Shown: piece after piece, positions 46,385-55,344 of the stretch
Position numbering within the stretch: position 1 is the first letter of the stretch
Layout of the letters: every line of letters starts with the position of its first letter
NCBI GenBank assembly: GCA_036477295.1
Contig: JAZGDE010000015.1
Location: forward strand, 1,287-65,286
Direction of reading: 5' to 3'
Origin: Bacteroidota bacterium
Lineage (GTDB): Bacteria > Bacteroidota > Ignavibacteria > UBA10030 > JAZGDE01
DNA length: 64,000 bases
Made by a program: the position numbers and the translations under genes
The notes under the pieces: generated by a model
Told to the model about the DNA's origin: nothing
Databases searched by the model: none
Seen by the model: only the letters and a program-made list of their open reading frames with translations

Positions 46385-47788
46385 ATGTATATAGATTCAC
46401 ACGCACATCTCAATGCACCCGAGTTTCTCGACGATCTTGCAGAGGTAGTCGAGCGGGCTAAGCAGGCGGGTGTCGAGTCGATCATCGTGCCAGGGACGGA
46501 CGTTGAATCCAGTCGTAAGGCCGTCGAGCTCGCAGACCGATTCAGCGCTGTCTATGCGTGTGTCGGCATTCATCCGCACGACGCATCCAAAGCCGATGGC
46601 CAGTTTCTACAGGAGATCGAAGAGTTAAGTGCTCATCCGAAGGTCGTCGCGATCGGAGAAATCGGACTGGATTTTTTCAAGAATTTTTCTCCTCGCGGAG
46701 CTCAAGTAGAGGCGTTGAAGAATCAGCTCGATATTGCTCGACGCCGGAACCTCCCGATTGTTGTGCACAACCGCGATGCTCATGCAGAACTCTTGGATAT
46801 TATGGAGGAGACCATTCGTGCTGGCGGTTCTTGGCGCAGCAATCTCACTACTCCGTACAGTCGATTTCCGGCTCTGAAAGGTGTTTTCCACGCCTTCTCC
46901 GGTGACGCAGCGATGGCGTGGAAACTGATCAACATGGGATTCTACGTATCGATTCCGGGAACGATTACCTTTAAGAATTCTTCTGTTCGTCAGGTTGTCC
47001 AAGAAGTCTCGGTCGAACACTGGCTGCTCGAGACGGACTCCCCCTACCTGACTCCGGTGCCTTTCCGTGGGAAGCGGAACGAACCGTCCTACCTTGCCTT
47101 CATCGCGAAGCGGCTTGCGGAAATTCGGAGTCTCTCTGTTGAAGACGTCAGTCGCACGACTAACTATAACATCTTTAAGTTGTTCGGCATCGGTGAACCT
47201 GAACCCCCTAAGATTGCCTATACATTGAATGATACCCTCTACCTGAACATCACCATCCGGTGCAACGCGGACTGTGTATTCTGTGACCGTAAAGGGGAGG
47301 CTGTGATCAAAGGACACAATCTCAGAATCGAGCGCGAACCGACCTCTCAGGAAGTGATCGAAGCGATCGGGGATCCTACACGCTACAGCGAGATCGCGTT
47401 CTGTGGCTACGGGGAACCGACAATTCGACTAGACGTGATCAAGGAAGTGGCTCGATGGGTGAAGGGTTGTGGGGGGAAAGTTCGTCTCAACACGGACGGT
47501 CATGGCAATGTCATCAACCGGAGGAACATTGTTCCCGAACTCGTGGGACTGGTCGACAGTGTTTCAATCAGCCTGAACTCCATCGACCCCAAACAGTACG
47601 GCGAGTTGATGCGAATCGACGGCCAGCGATTTTTTTCCGCGATGGTGAAATTTGCTAAGGAATGTGTACGGCATTTCCCCGAAGTCGTGATGACGATCGT
47701 CGACCTGTGCGAGGTAGAACAGGAAAAAGCACGGCGCTTTGTTGAGCAGGAGATCGGCGCCAAATTCAAGGTCAGACCCTTCTTTTGA
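46385..47788 (+). CDS. TatD-family hydrolase fused to a small radical-SAM domain
   Basis: N-terminal part: 'MYIDSHAHL', 'AIGEIGLDF', 'VVHNRDA' and 'LLETDSPYL'. C-terminal part: CxxxCxxC 'CNADCVFC' (nt 47261-47284) and 'FCGYGEPT'. Confidence 0.85.
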   Translation: MYIDSHAHLNAPEFLDDLAEVVERAKQAGVESIIVPGTDVESSRKAVELADRFSAVYACVGIHPHDASKADGQFLQEIEELSAHPKVVAIGEIGLDFFKNFSPRGAQVEALKNQLDIARRRNLPIVVHNRDAHAELLDIMEETIRAGGSWRSNLTTPYSRFPALKGVFHAFSGDAAMAWKLINMGFYVSIPGTITFKNSSVRQVVQEVSVEHWLLETDSPYLTPVPFRGKRNEPSYLAFIAKRLAEIRSLSVEDVSRTTNYNIFKLFGIGEPEPPKIAYTLNDTLYLNITIRCNADCVFCDRKGEAVIKGHNLRIEREPTSQEVIEAIGDPTRYSEIAFCGYGEPTIRLDVIKEVARWVKGCGGKVRLNTDGHGNVINRRNIVPELVGLVDSVSISLNSIDPKQYGELMRIDGQRFFSAMVKFAKECVRHFPEVVMTIVDLCEVEQEKARRFVEQEIGAKFKVRPFF

Positions 47789-48103
47789 GTCAGAAACCCC
47801 TTCCTGATCCTCCGAACCCTACTCACCCTCATTCACTTCCTTCCACTGTTCAGCTTTCATCAGGAGGTTCAACGGTCGAAGCTCAAGGACATCCTCTGGC
47901 TTCAGTAGAATGATTGCAGGATGGTCAGCATAGCAAGCTCGGGGAAGGATACTGAGGGCTCTCAATATTACCCACTCTCCTCAGCTACACCTCGACGGCT
48001 GATACACCATTCTCGGACGGGTGATCGATGGAATGCGTGAGGTCCGATCAGATTCAGGTTGGAGACGTCCTCGATGCCGTTCTTGTCAAGAATTAAGCCT
48101 TGA

Positions 48104-49015
48104 CTACGGCACCTTGTCTTTGTATTCTTGGTACGTTGACTGGTGGGTCGGGTCGATTTCGCCTAATCGCTCAAACACGCTTCTGTCCACGTACCCGGCA
48201 AGAACTTCCGCAATTTCCTGGTACTTCATGTCGAAGAATATCTTCAGCGCCAGGCTGCGCTCGTTCAATTGTTTCCTGACCTTGATGAGATCTTCCATTA
48301 CTCGAGCGATGTTTTTCCGTGCCCGGTCCGGGTCGCTGTTTAGTAGATCGAGACCTTCAACGTGATAGCGGAACAAGCCCCCACGAAACAACTGGAACTT
48401 CGCGCTGAGCAATTCGTCGATGAAGACGGCTCGACTGTACACTCCGGATGTCGCTCGTTTCCAACCTCTAGATCCCGTTCCGGACTGGCCCAGACGGACG
48501 ATGTACAGTGCTTTGTCGTAGAAAGGTGTCCCGGCCATGGGTTCATATGTATCGTAGTCGTACCCTAGAATCACGTAGCCGTAGAAATCGAGGAAGCTCG
48601 CAATTGGATCAAATTCGAAGAGGTCGTGGTAGATCGGCTGATCCTCGGTGTACGTGAAGTTCCATTTGTCATCAAAAATGCGCACGACTCCAGTGCTTCG
48701 TTCTGTCCTGTAAATTGGACGCTGGCTGCCGATGAACACCTGCGCGGAGTAGCTATTGTCCCCCGAGACGCTCAGAAAGAAGATATTGAACGTACATTGA
48801 ATCCGTTCGTCCCCGAACTCGTCATCCGTCCAGCGATGATCGTTCATGTACTTCTTGACGACATCAGCGAATTCGACGAGGTACTCGCGGTGGGTCGTGG
48901 GGATTGACTCGTAGTTGACTGTAACCTCGCAATCGAGCTCTTGCCCGAACACAGCGGAAGAGAACCAGATAAGCAGCGACAGGAAGGAAGCGGTGGAGGA
49001 TGGCTTCACCATCAT
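48104..49015 (-). CDS. porD: DUF4835-family protein (T9SS-associated PorD type)
   Basis: Signal peptide followed by 'QELDCEVTVNYESIP...HRWTDDEF..ERIQC' and 'FYGYVILGYDYD'. Confidence 0.8.
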   Translation of the reverse strand: MMVKPSSTASFLSLLIWFSSAVFGQELDCEVTVNYESIPTTHREYLVEFADVVKKYMNDHRWTDDEFGDERIQCTFNIFFLSVSGDNSYSAQVFIGSQRPIYRTERSTGVVRIFDDKWNFTYTEDQPIYHDLFEFDPIASFLDFYGYVILGYDYDTYEPMAGTPFYDKALYIVRLGQSGTGSRGWKRATSGVYSRAVFIDELLSAKFQLFRGGLFRYHVEGLDLLNSDPDRARKNIARVMEDLIKVRKQLNERSLALKIFFDMKYQEIAEVLAGYVDRSVFERLGEIDPTHQSTYQEYKDKVP

Positions 49016-49088
49016 GGGATAGAGTTATTCGCTCGATAACCAGTTTAATATAGACATTTTCAGTCAGCAGGTCAAGTGATTTTTGCCG

Positions 49089-49922
49089 ATGACGAATGCT
49101 GCCTGCATTCTTCTTGTTTTCCTCAGTCTCAGAGGAGCATTGTTCGCTGCTTTTGAGCCGCGGGAAATTGGTGCACGGGTCGCCGGGATAGGCGGCGCGT
49201 TCGTCGGAGTTGCGAGGGATGCCTGGTCCACGTTCCGTAATCCATGCGGTCTCTCACAACTTGGGACGAGGGAGCTATCTGTCTCTCATTCTCCAGCGTT
49301 GTTCGGTCTGAGAGAATTGGCTTTCGGCGCTTTTGTTTACGCTCACCCGACTAGAGTAGGGTTCTTCGCACTCTCGGCCAGTCGGTTTGGATTTGAGCTG
49401 TACAACGAAACGACCGTCTCTGTTTCCTATTCCAACTCCTATCATCGAACCGTTGCTTTGGGCTTCACTCTGCGATATCATCATCTTGAGATCGAGCGCT
49501 ACGGTTCGGCTGTGGCGTTTGGGTTCGATGCGGGAATCCTGATTGGACTCTCGGAACAGCTGCACGCTGGATTTTTCGTGAGAAACATCAACGCTCCGAC
49601 GATCGGCTTGGCGAAAGAACGACTACCCCAGGTGTACTCGACAGGCATCAGTTACATGCCTGTCAACAGACTCATCATTCTTGTCGACCTCGAAAAGGAT
49701 GTGCGCTTTCCGGCGTCTGTGAAGGCGGGCGTGGAATATCGGCCTCTTGAATTCCTCGCCTTTCGCACTGGACTCGCCACGGTACCATCCAGAGGAACAG
49801 CAGGCGTAGGAATTCAATATTCACGTTTCGCTTTCGACTACGCTGTGCAGGCCCATCCTGAACTCGGTCTCACCCATCAATTTTCTGTCTCCGTGTCATT
49901 TGATTCACTCAGAGATTCATGA
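49089..49922 (+). CDS. PorV/PorQ-like outer-membrane beta-barrel protein
   Basis: Signal peptide, then 'IGARVAGIGGAFVGVARDAWSTFRNPCGL'. The pattern is recalled for the PorV/PorQ family. Confidence 0.55.
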   Translation: MTNAACILLVFLSLRGALFAAFEPREIGARVAGIGGAFVGVARDAWSTFRNPCGLSQLGTRELSVSHSPALFGLRELAFGAFVYAHPTRVGFFALSASRFGFELYNETTVSVSYSNSYHRTVALGFTLRYHHLEIERYGSAVAFGFDAGILIGLSEQLHAGFFVRNINAPTIGLAKERLPQVYSTGISYMPVNRLIILVDLEKDVRFPASVKAGVEYRPLEFLAFRTGLATVPSRGTAGVGIQYSRFAFDYAVQAHPELGLTHQFSVSVSFDSLRDS

Positions 49923-51934
49923 TGCGATGGTTGCTTACTTGGATCCTGTTGAGCATCTGCTCGTTGTACACCAGTTCCGCACAGGAGGAATTCGGGAGCG
50001 ACCCGGGCTTTGAGGCATCCTCCGAGATGGAAAGACTTCTTGAAGGGGGGACACAAGACGAGGAAGAAATCGAGCTTGCTGATCTCGTCGGCGGTTTGGA
50101 GCATCAAGCTCTTGAGCTCAATGAAGCGGGCGTGCAGGAGCTGGAGATCCTTCCGGGCATGAGTCCATTTCTTGCCAGAGAGATTGTCCTCCAGAGAAGC
50201 CGCTCGGCCGGATTCCGGTTAGTGGATGACCTGCTTGCCGTTCCGGGGATGAGCCGTGAGGTTTTTCGTTCGATACGACCGTTCGTCTTTGTTCGTGAGA
50301 ATCCCGTCCGTCGCGTTCCGCCGAACAGCCTTTGGAAGAGACTATCCGTTCGCGCTCGGATTCGCATCTCCCATGACCTGCAGAAGAAAAGGGGTTTTCA
50401 GGACGGCAGGTATCAGGGATCGCGTCCGAGGGTGTATCAACGATTTATGCTCTCTTCTCCACGTCGATTGGAAGCTGGCCTCCTTTTGGAGAAAGACCAG
50501 GGAGAACGTGAAGCGAACGATTTTCTGTCCGGGTACCTGCAGTTGCAGGGTCTGCTCAGATTTTCCAGTCTCGTCCTTGGCGATTATCAAATCGAAGCGG
50601 GGCAGGGCGTTGTTCTGTGGGGAAGGGCTGGCATATCCAGAGGTGGCGATCCGATTGCGTTTGCGAAAAAATCCTCTCGTGGAATCATCCCCTACCGATC
50701 TGTCGACGAGAATAGATTTCTTCGAGGTCTTGCGGGAACTTTCAAATTCGGCAACTTTGAGATGATGGGATTCTACTCGTACAACCGTCTCGATGCTCTC
50801 GTGAGAGAAGGCGTTATCTTCGGATTTCCGACCACGGGCTATCACCGTACGCCGAACGAAATGTCTCAGAGGAGAGCGGCTCGAGAGAGGGTCCTCGGTG
50901 GGAGAGTGATCTACTGGTTCAACGAGCAATCTCATCTTGGGGTGACGGCCTACACTGCCGAGTTCGATAGGCCCATCTCGCCCGACAAACTTCACCGGGG
51001 CCTGGCCCGGCGGTCCAGCGTGATCGGCGTCGATTTTGAGAGTTCAGGCGAAACTCTAAGCCTGTTCGGAGAGTGGGCTCGCGCTCGGAACGGAGCTTCC
51101 GGAGGGGTGACCGGGGTGATTCTCGGACTCGAACACGTGGTAGCGGTATCACTTCTATTTCGGTCAAATCCGAAAATGTTGCTCAGCAGTCACGGGTTAG
51201 TAGCTCGTCAGAGCAGTGGTGACGCGAACAATGACTGGGGTGTGTATTTTGGCCTTCGGGTGAGACCGACGAACTCCGTTGTGCTATCAGCATATTTCGA
51301 TTTATTCAGGCCTCGTAAGACAGGATCTAGGAGTCCGTTTCCGAGTTGGGGACATGAATCATTCCTGCAGGGAGACATTAGTCTGCGAAGATATATCCGG
51401 ATGTCGGTACGCTATGATTTCGACTCGCAAGTGGACAGCTATCCCACCATCGATGATCACGGGCGAGAATCCCGTGTGCTCGTCGACCGTTCGAAGCGAA
51501 ACCTCAGGCTTACGTTTGTCTATGAGGTAGGACGGCAGCTCATGATCCGAAGCCGCGCGGAGCTTGTGCAAGTCACTCTTGGCCGTGCATTGTCAAATGA
51601 GAGTGGTATGCTATTTTATCACGAGGTAAAGTTCAGGCCTGACCAACGAACCGCTCTGCAAGCAAGGGTGATCTTTTTTGATACTGACTCATTCGATTCG
51701 CGACTGTATGAATTTGAGAGTGACGTGCGCGGAGCTTTTTCCAACCCGGGGCTCTTCGGTCGAGGGAGGCGTTGGTATGTGCTTGTTCGCTACAAAATTA
51801 CCGGGTTCCTTGAGCTTTCCGCGAAGTACGCCGAGACCTATCGCGACGATGTGAAGACAATAGGCTCTGGCGCTGCGGAAATTCTTAGCAACATCAAGAG
51901 CCGAGCAAATTTCCAGCTAGACGTGAAATTATAG
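49919..51934 (+). CDS. helix-hairpin-helix (ComEA-type) domain fused to a large predicted outer-membrane beta-barrel
   Basis: Signal peptide 'LLTWILLSICSLYTSSAQ'. HhH pair 'LNEAGVQELEILPGMSPFLAREIV...LLAVPGMSREVFRSIRPFV' (about nt 50110-50290). About 540 aa of alternating beta-strand-like sequence follow, ending 'ANFQLDVKL'. ATGA overlap with the upstream gene. Confidence 0.7.
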   Translation: MMRWLLTWILLSICSLYTSSAQEEFGSDPGFEASSEMERLLEGGTQDEEEIELADLVGGLEHQALELNEAGVQELEILPGMSPFLAREIVLQRSRSAGFRLVDDLLAVPGMSREVFRSIRPFVFVRENPVRRVPPNSLWKRLSVRARIRISHDLQKKRGFQDGRYQGSRPRVYQRFMLSSPRRLEAGLLLEKDQGEREANDFLSGYLQLQGLLRFSSLVLGDYQIEAGQGVVLWGRAGISRGGDPIAFAKKSSRGIIPYRSVDENRFLRGLAGTFKFGNFEMMGFYSYNRLDALVREGVIFGFPTTGYHRTPNEMSQRRAARERVLGGRVIYWFNEQSHLGVTAYTAEFDRPISPDKLHRGLARRSSVIGVDFESSGETLSLFGEWARARNGASGGVTGVILGLEHVVAVSLLFRSNPKMLLSSHGLVARQSSGDANNDWGVYFGLRVRPTNSVVLSAYFDLFRPRKTGSRSPFPSWGHESFLQGDISLRRYIRMSVRYDFDSQVDSYPTIDDHGRESRVLVDRSKRNLRLTFVYEVGRQLMIRSRAELVQVTLGRALSNESGMLFYHEVKFRPDQRTALQARVIFFDTDSFDSRLYEFESDVRGAFSNPGLFGRGRRWYVLVRYKITGFLELSAKYAETYRDDVKTIGSGAAEILSNIKSRANFQLDVKL

Positions 51935-51935
51935 C

Positions 51936-51994
51936 AACCGACCCGTCCCGACGACTTACGGTCTCGAAGAGAAATCGGGATCACCAGATCGGAT
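51936..51994 (+). repeat. 59-nt nested-hairpin element, copy A (degenerate)
   Basis: 53/59 identical, with no gaps, to 61411-61469. It starts 2 nt after the TAG stop at 51932-51934. Confidence 0.8.
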
Positions 51995-52306
51995 TTCGAC
52001 CTTATAGTCAACTTGGGTTAACCTTTCGCCATCCCCCCAGATTCAACCTGGGCCAGTGGCCTGCCAAAATGATTCGTCCGTCTGTCCCCGTGGACTCGCG
52101 CTCCGGGGAGCGGCGGATCCCACGATCAGGCTGAACTACCAGCGATCAGATTTGATCTGATGGCTGGCTTCGTCATCAAGACCAACACCCCATTGAATAC
52201 CCTCCGTTGGCCTGCGCGTCGACCATGTCCGTCTCCATACTAATGTCTACAATAAGCGGGATCCCGTAAAGCGGGACTCGGTCGAGGTGTTGATAACGCA
52301 TCTTCA

Positions 52307-52335
52307 TTGAATATCCCCGGATTTTTTGATATCTT
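52307..52335 (+). promoter_or_regulatory. sigma70-type promoter (extended -10) upstream of mnmA
   Basis: TTGAAT 52307-52312, 17-nt spacer ending in TGa, TATCTT 52330-52335. This supports ATG 52356 as the start. Confidence 0.5.
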
Positions 52336-52355
52336 CATGTTGTTTGAGAATAAAC

Positions 52356-53465
52356 ATGGTTGAGAATCACTCAGATACGACTGTCATTGTTGGAATGAGC
52401 GGTGGCGTGGATTCCTCCGTTGCCGCTGCATTACTCCTTGAGCAGGGCTACAGGGTCATTGGTGTGACGATGAAGACGTACGCCTTTGACGAGGTGGGCG
52501 GAAACATCGGCAACGAAACGAGCTGCTGCGGCCTGGATGCGATCAATGATGCACGGATGGTTGCAGCGAAGCTTGGCATACCGCACTATGTTCTGGATTT
52601 CACTGAACAATTCCGGCGTGAAGTCATCAATAATTTCATCGAAGAGTACATCCATGGCAGAACACCGAACCCGTGTGTTATCTGTAATCGTGAGATTAAG
52701 TGGGGGGAACTGATTCAGAAGGCTGAAGCTCTGGGAGCTGATTTCTTGGCAACAGGGCACTACGCTCGTGTACGATTTGACGAGTCGCGAAACCGGTACA
52801 TCATTTCGCGGGCCAAGTATGCAAGCAAAGACCAGTCGTATGCGCTGTGGGGGTTGTCGCAGCATGCCATCAGCAAGACGATCTTTCCGCTCGGTAGGTT
52901 AACGAAGCCAGAAGTCCGCAAGATAGCTGAAGAGCTTGGGCTAAAAACTGCGGCGAAGCAGGAGAGTTACGAGATTTGTTTCGTGGCCGATGATAATTAC
53001 GAGCGCTTCCTCATGGAGCAAGTCCCGAATCTCAAGGCAGGAGTCGTCGGTGGCGATCTCGTTTTTGATGGGAAGGTCGTTGGCAAGCATCGTGGGTTTC
53101 CATTCTACACTATTGGTCAGCGCAGGGGGATGGGTGCTTTCGGTGAGCGTGCCTATGTCACGCGGATTGACAGCGAAACCAATACGATCTACGTTGGTCG
53201 TGAATCCGACCTGATGCATCGCGGTCTGATCGCATCAAACGTGAATCTGATAGCGCTCGAGGGACTTCGTGAGCCGCTCCGCGTTACCGCCAAGGTGCGC
53301 TACAAGGATACCCTGAGTTTCGCTACCTTGAATCCGGAGGGAGATGGCAAGATTCGTGTTGTTTTCGATGAGCCGAAGCGTGCGATTACCCCAGGACAGT
53401 CGGTCGTGTTCTATGACGGTGACGATGTGGTGGGAGGTGGGGTGATTGACACAGTTATTGCCTAG
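52356..53465 (+). CDS. mnmA: tRNA 2-thiouridine(34) synthase
   Basis: PP-loop 'VGMSGGVDSSVAA' and 'NPCVICN'. Confidence 0.92.
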   Translation: MVENHSDTTVIVGMSGGVDSSVAAALLLEQGYRVIGVTMKTYAFDEVGGNIGNETSCCGLDAINDARMVAAKLGIPHYVLDFTEQFRREVINNFIEEYIHGRTPNPCVICNREIKWGELIQKAEALGADFLATGHYARVRFDESRNRYIISRAKYASKDQSYALWGLSQHAISKTIFPLGRLTKPEVRKIAEELGLKTAAKQESYEICFVADDNYERFLMEQVPNLKAGVVGGDLVFDGKVVGKHRGFPFYTIGQRRGMGAFGERAYVTRIDSETNTIYVGRESDLMHRGLIASNVNLIALEGLREPLRVTAKVRYKDTLSFATLNPEGDGKIRVVFDEPKRAITPGQSVVFYDGDDVVGGGVIDTVIA

Positions 53466-53634
53466 TTATCAACAGCCCAGAGTGCGGCGCGTAACAGGTG
53501 CAAGAACGGTAAGTCCTGCCCTTGTGGGATGGATGCCCAAATGGCGCTAAAGGCCCGACTTCGTTTTCGCTGGAACGATATACGATATCAATAGTGAACG
53601 TGCGTTAGGGACATTTGCAAGAAAGGCCTCGTCC

Positions 53635-53799
53635 ATGACAGTTGCGGCAGCAACCTTTGGAATCCTGGGATTCACCTTTGGATTGCTAGCATTTGCTCAA
53701 GTTTCTTCGGTCAGGAAAGACCTGGAGCAATTGAAAGCGGAGATTCAAAAAGCAAAGAGACCAGCGCACCCTGTCAAGAAGGGGCGTAGTGCCCTATAA
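53635..53799 (+). CDS. possible 54-aa single-pass membrane protein (below the ORF-track size cutoff)
   Basis: 'MTVAAATFGILGFTFGLLAFAQVSSVRKDLEQLKAEIQKAKRPAHPVKKGRSAL'. One TM helix plus a basic tail; GAAAGG lies 8 nt upstream. No homology evidence. Confidence 0.35.
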   Translation: MTVAAATFGILGFTFGLLAFAQVSSVRKDLEQLKAEIQKAKRPAHPVKKGRSAL

Positions 53800-53928
53800 G
53801 CTGAATCTTCCGCCTAGTGTGGATTACTCGTCCGAATGCATGAGTCGTGGTGAAGTGTGATTAGTTCGAAGTCGACTTTGGACATGGAGGATGAGCGTGG
53901 GATTTCCAACATCGAGGGCACGATACCA

Positions 53929-54377
53929 ATGATCCGGCCACAAATGATCGGACATGTTCATCTCAAGGTCCGGGACCTCAAGCGCTGGGAAAGGTTTTAT
54001 ACCGAAGTGCTCGGCTTCGCTATTTCAGAGCGCGTCGGAGGCTTCCTGTCACTTACGTGCAGTAGTCGTCATCATGACGTAGCTCTTCAGGAAATTGGTC
54101 ATGATGCGGAGGCCCCATTGGTCATGCCGTCGGACTCTACCATTTCGCTATAGAGCTTGAAGACCTTCACGCATTGGCGGATGCGTACGTGCGACTTGAG
54201 GAAGCCGGTGTCGATTTTTCCCCAGTCGACCACGGGATCAGTCAAGCGCTTTACTTCTCGAATCCGGATGGAAACGGCATAGAGCTCTACGTGGACACGC
54301 GCTCCGTACGGAAAGAGTGGCGCGGCATCTCAACCCCGATCGATACCGACAAACTGCTTGCCTTACGAATGGGGTGA
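53929..54377 (+). pseudogene. VOC (glyoxalase/extradiol dioxygenase-like) family gene with one frameshift
   Basis: 'MIGHVHLKVRDLKRWERFYTEVLGF' (ORF 53857..54153) continues in another frame as 'GLYHFAIELEDLHALADAYVRLEEAGV...GNGIELYVD' (ORF 54174..54377 and upstream). The shift is at the GGCCCC run, 54111-54116. Confidence 0.7.
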
Positions 54378-54435
54378 GATAGCGTTTAAAGAGATTCGAG
54401 CGGACAAGCTCGCAATTCAAAATACCAGACGCTCT

Positions 54436-54813
54436 ATGGATCGGTTCTTTTTCGTCCTCGGGTCAATCTCGGCATTCATCGGGGTTGGTGTCGGTGCATT
54501 TGGTGCTCACGCGCTCCGCGAAAAACTCTCACCCGAGCTGCTCAATGCGTTCGAAGTGGGGGTGAGGTACCAGATCTACCACGCCTTGGCGATGCTGGCC
54601 GTTGCATGGGCGGCGTCGCACTGGCCTTCCTCGAACGTAGCCGTCGCTGGATGGCTCTTTTTCGCCGGCACTGTTTTGTTCTCCGGAAGTCTGTATGCTC
54701 TGAGTCTCACCGGTCTGCGGTGGTTAGGATTGGTGACCCCGGTGGGTGGATTAATGTTCCTCGCGGGCTGGTTATATGCGGCTTGGGTCATTTTCCGTAC
54801 CACAGTCACATGA
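54436..54813 (+). CDS. DUF423-family membrane protein
   Basis: 'GVGVGAFGAHAL' and 'RYQIYHALA', with four TM helices. ATG 54436 lies in ORF 54358..54813. Confidence 0.8.
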   Translation: MDRFFFVLGSISAFIGVGVGAFGAHALREKLSPELLNAFEVGVRYQIYHALAMLAVAWAASHWPSSNVAVAGWLFFAGTVLFSGSLYALSLTGLRWLGLVTPVGGLMFLAGWLYAAWVIFRTTVT

Positions 54814-54854
54814 GCAACCGGTCGTAATAACTGACTAAAGGAGGTAGCGCCTAC

Positions 54855-55316
54855 ATGTTAGACCTGATTAAGCAGTTTTTCGGGACGAGTATGGCTGTTG
54901 TTGAGGACTCGCAGAGAGAGGAGAATATCGAGGACAGACTCCCACTTGCGACGTGTGCACTCCTTCTTGAAATGGCGCACGCTGATCAGGAATTCAGTGA
55001 AGTGGAAAAGAACACCATTATCTCTCTCCTGGCAGCGCAATTCCATCTGTCAGACGAAGTGGTGAATGATCTCATGAGGGTGGCGGAGAAAGAGCGACGG
55101 GAGAGCACAGACCTCTGGGGGTTCACGCATTTGATCGACGCGCGTTACTCCGAAAAACAGAAGGTCAAGGTGGTGGAAATCCTCTGGAGAGTCGTCTACT
55201 CAGACGGTAAAGTCGATATGCATGAAGAATACCTCGTCCGGAAGCTCTCCTACCTTCTTGGTCTCAAGCACGAACAGCTGATCGAGGCGAAGCTGAGAGC
55301 AATGGGTAAAGCCTGA
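54855..55316 (+). CDS. TerB-like (tellurite-resistance TerB family) protein
   Basis: 'ALLLEMAHADQEFSEVEK' and 'ILWRVVYSDGKVDMHEEYLVRKLSYLLGL'. Confidence 0.7.
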   Translation: MLDLIKQFFGTSMAVVEDSQREENIEDRLPLATCALLLEMAHADQEFSEVEKNTIISLLAAQFHLSDEVVNDLMRVAEKERRESTDLWGFTHLIDARYSEKQKVKVVEILWRVVYSDGKVDMHEEYLVRKLSYLLGLKHEQLIEAKLRAMGKA

Positions 55317-55344
55317 GGGCTCCTAATCCCGCGATCGAACTTTC

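Noticed and set aside
53466-53597. The frame continuing past the mnmA stop reads '...RCKNGKSCPCGMDAQMALKA...', faintly reminiscent of a SEC-C-type CPCG metal-binding tail. This suggested stop-codon read-through.
   Set aside because: The match is only four residues with no supporting context, and mnmA families do not carry such tails. It is probably chance.
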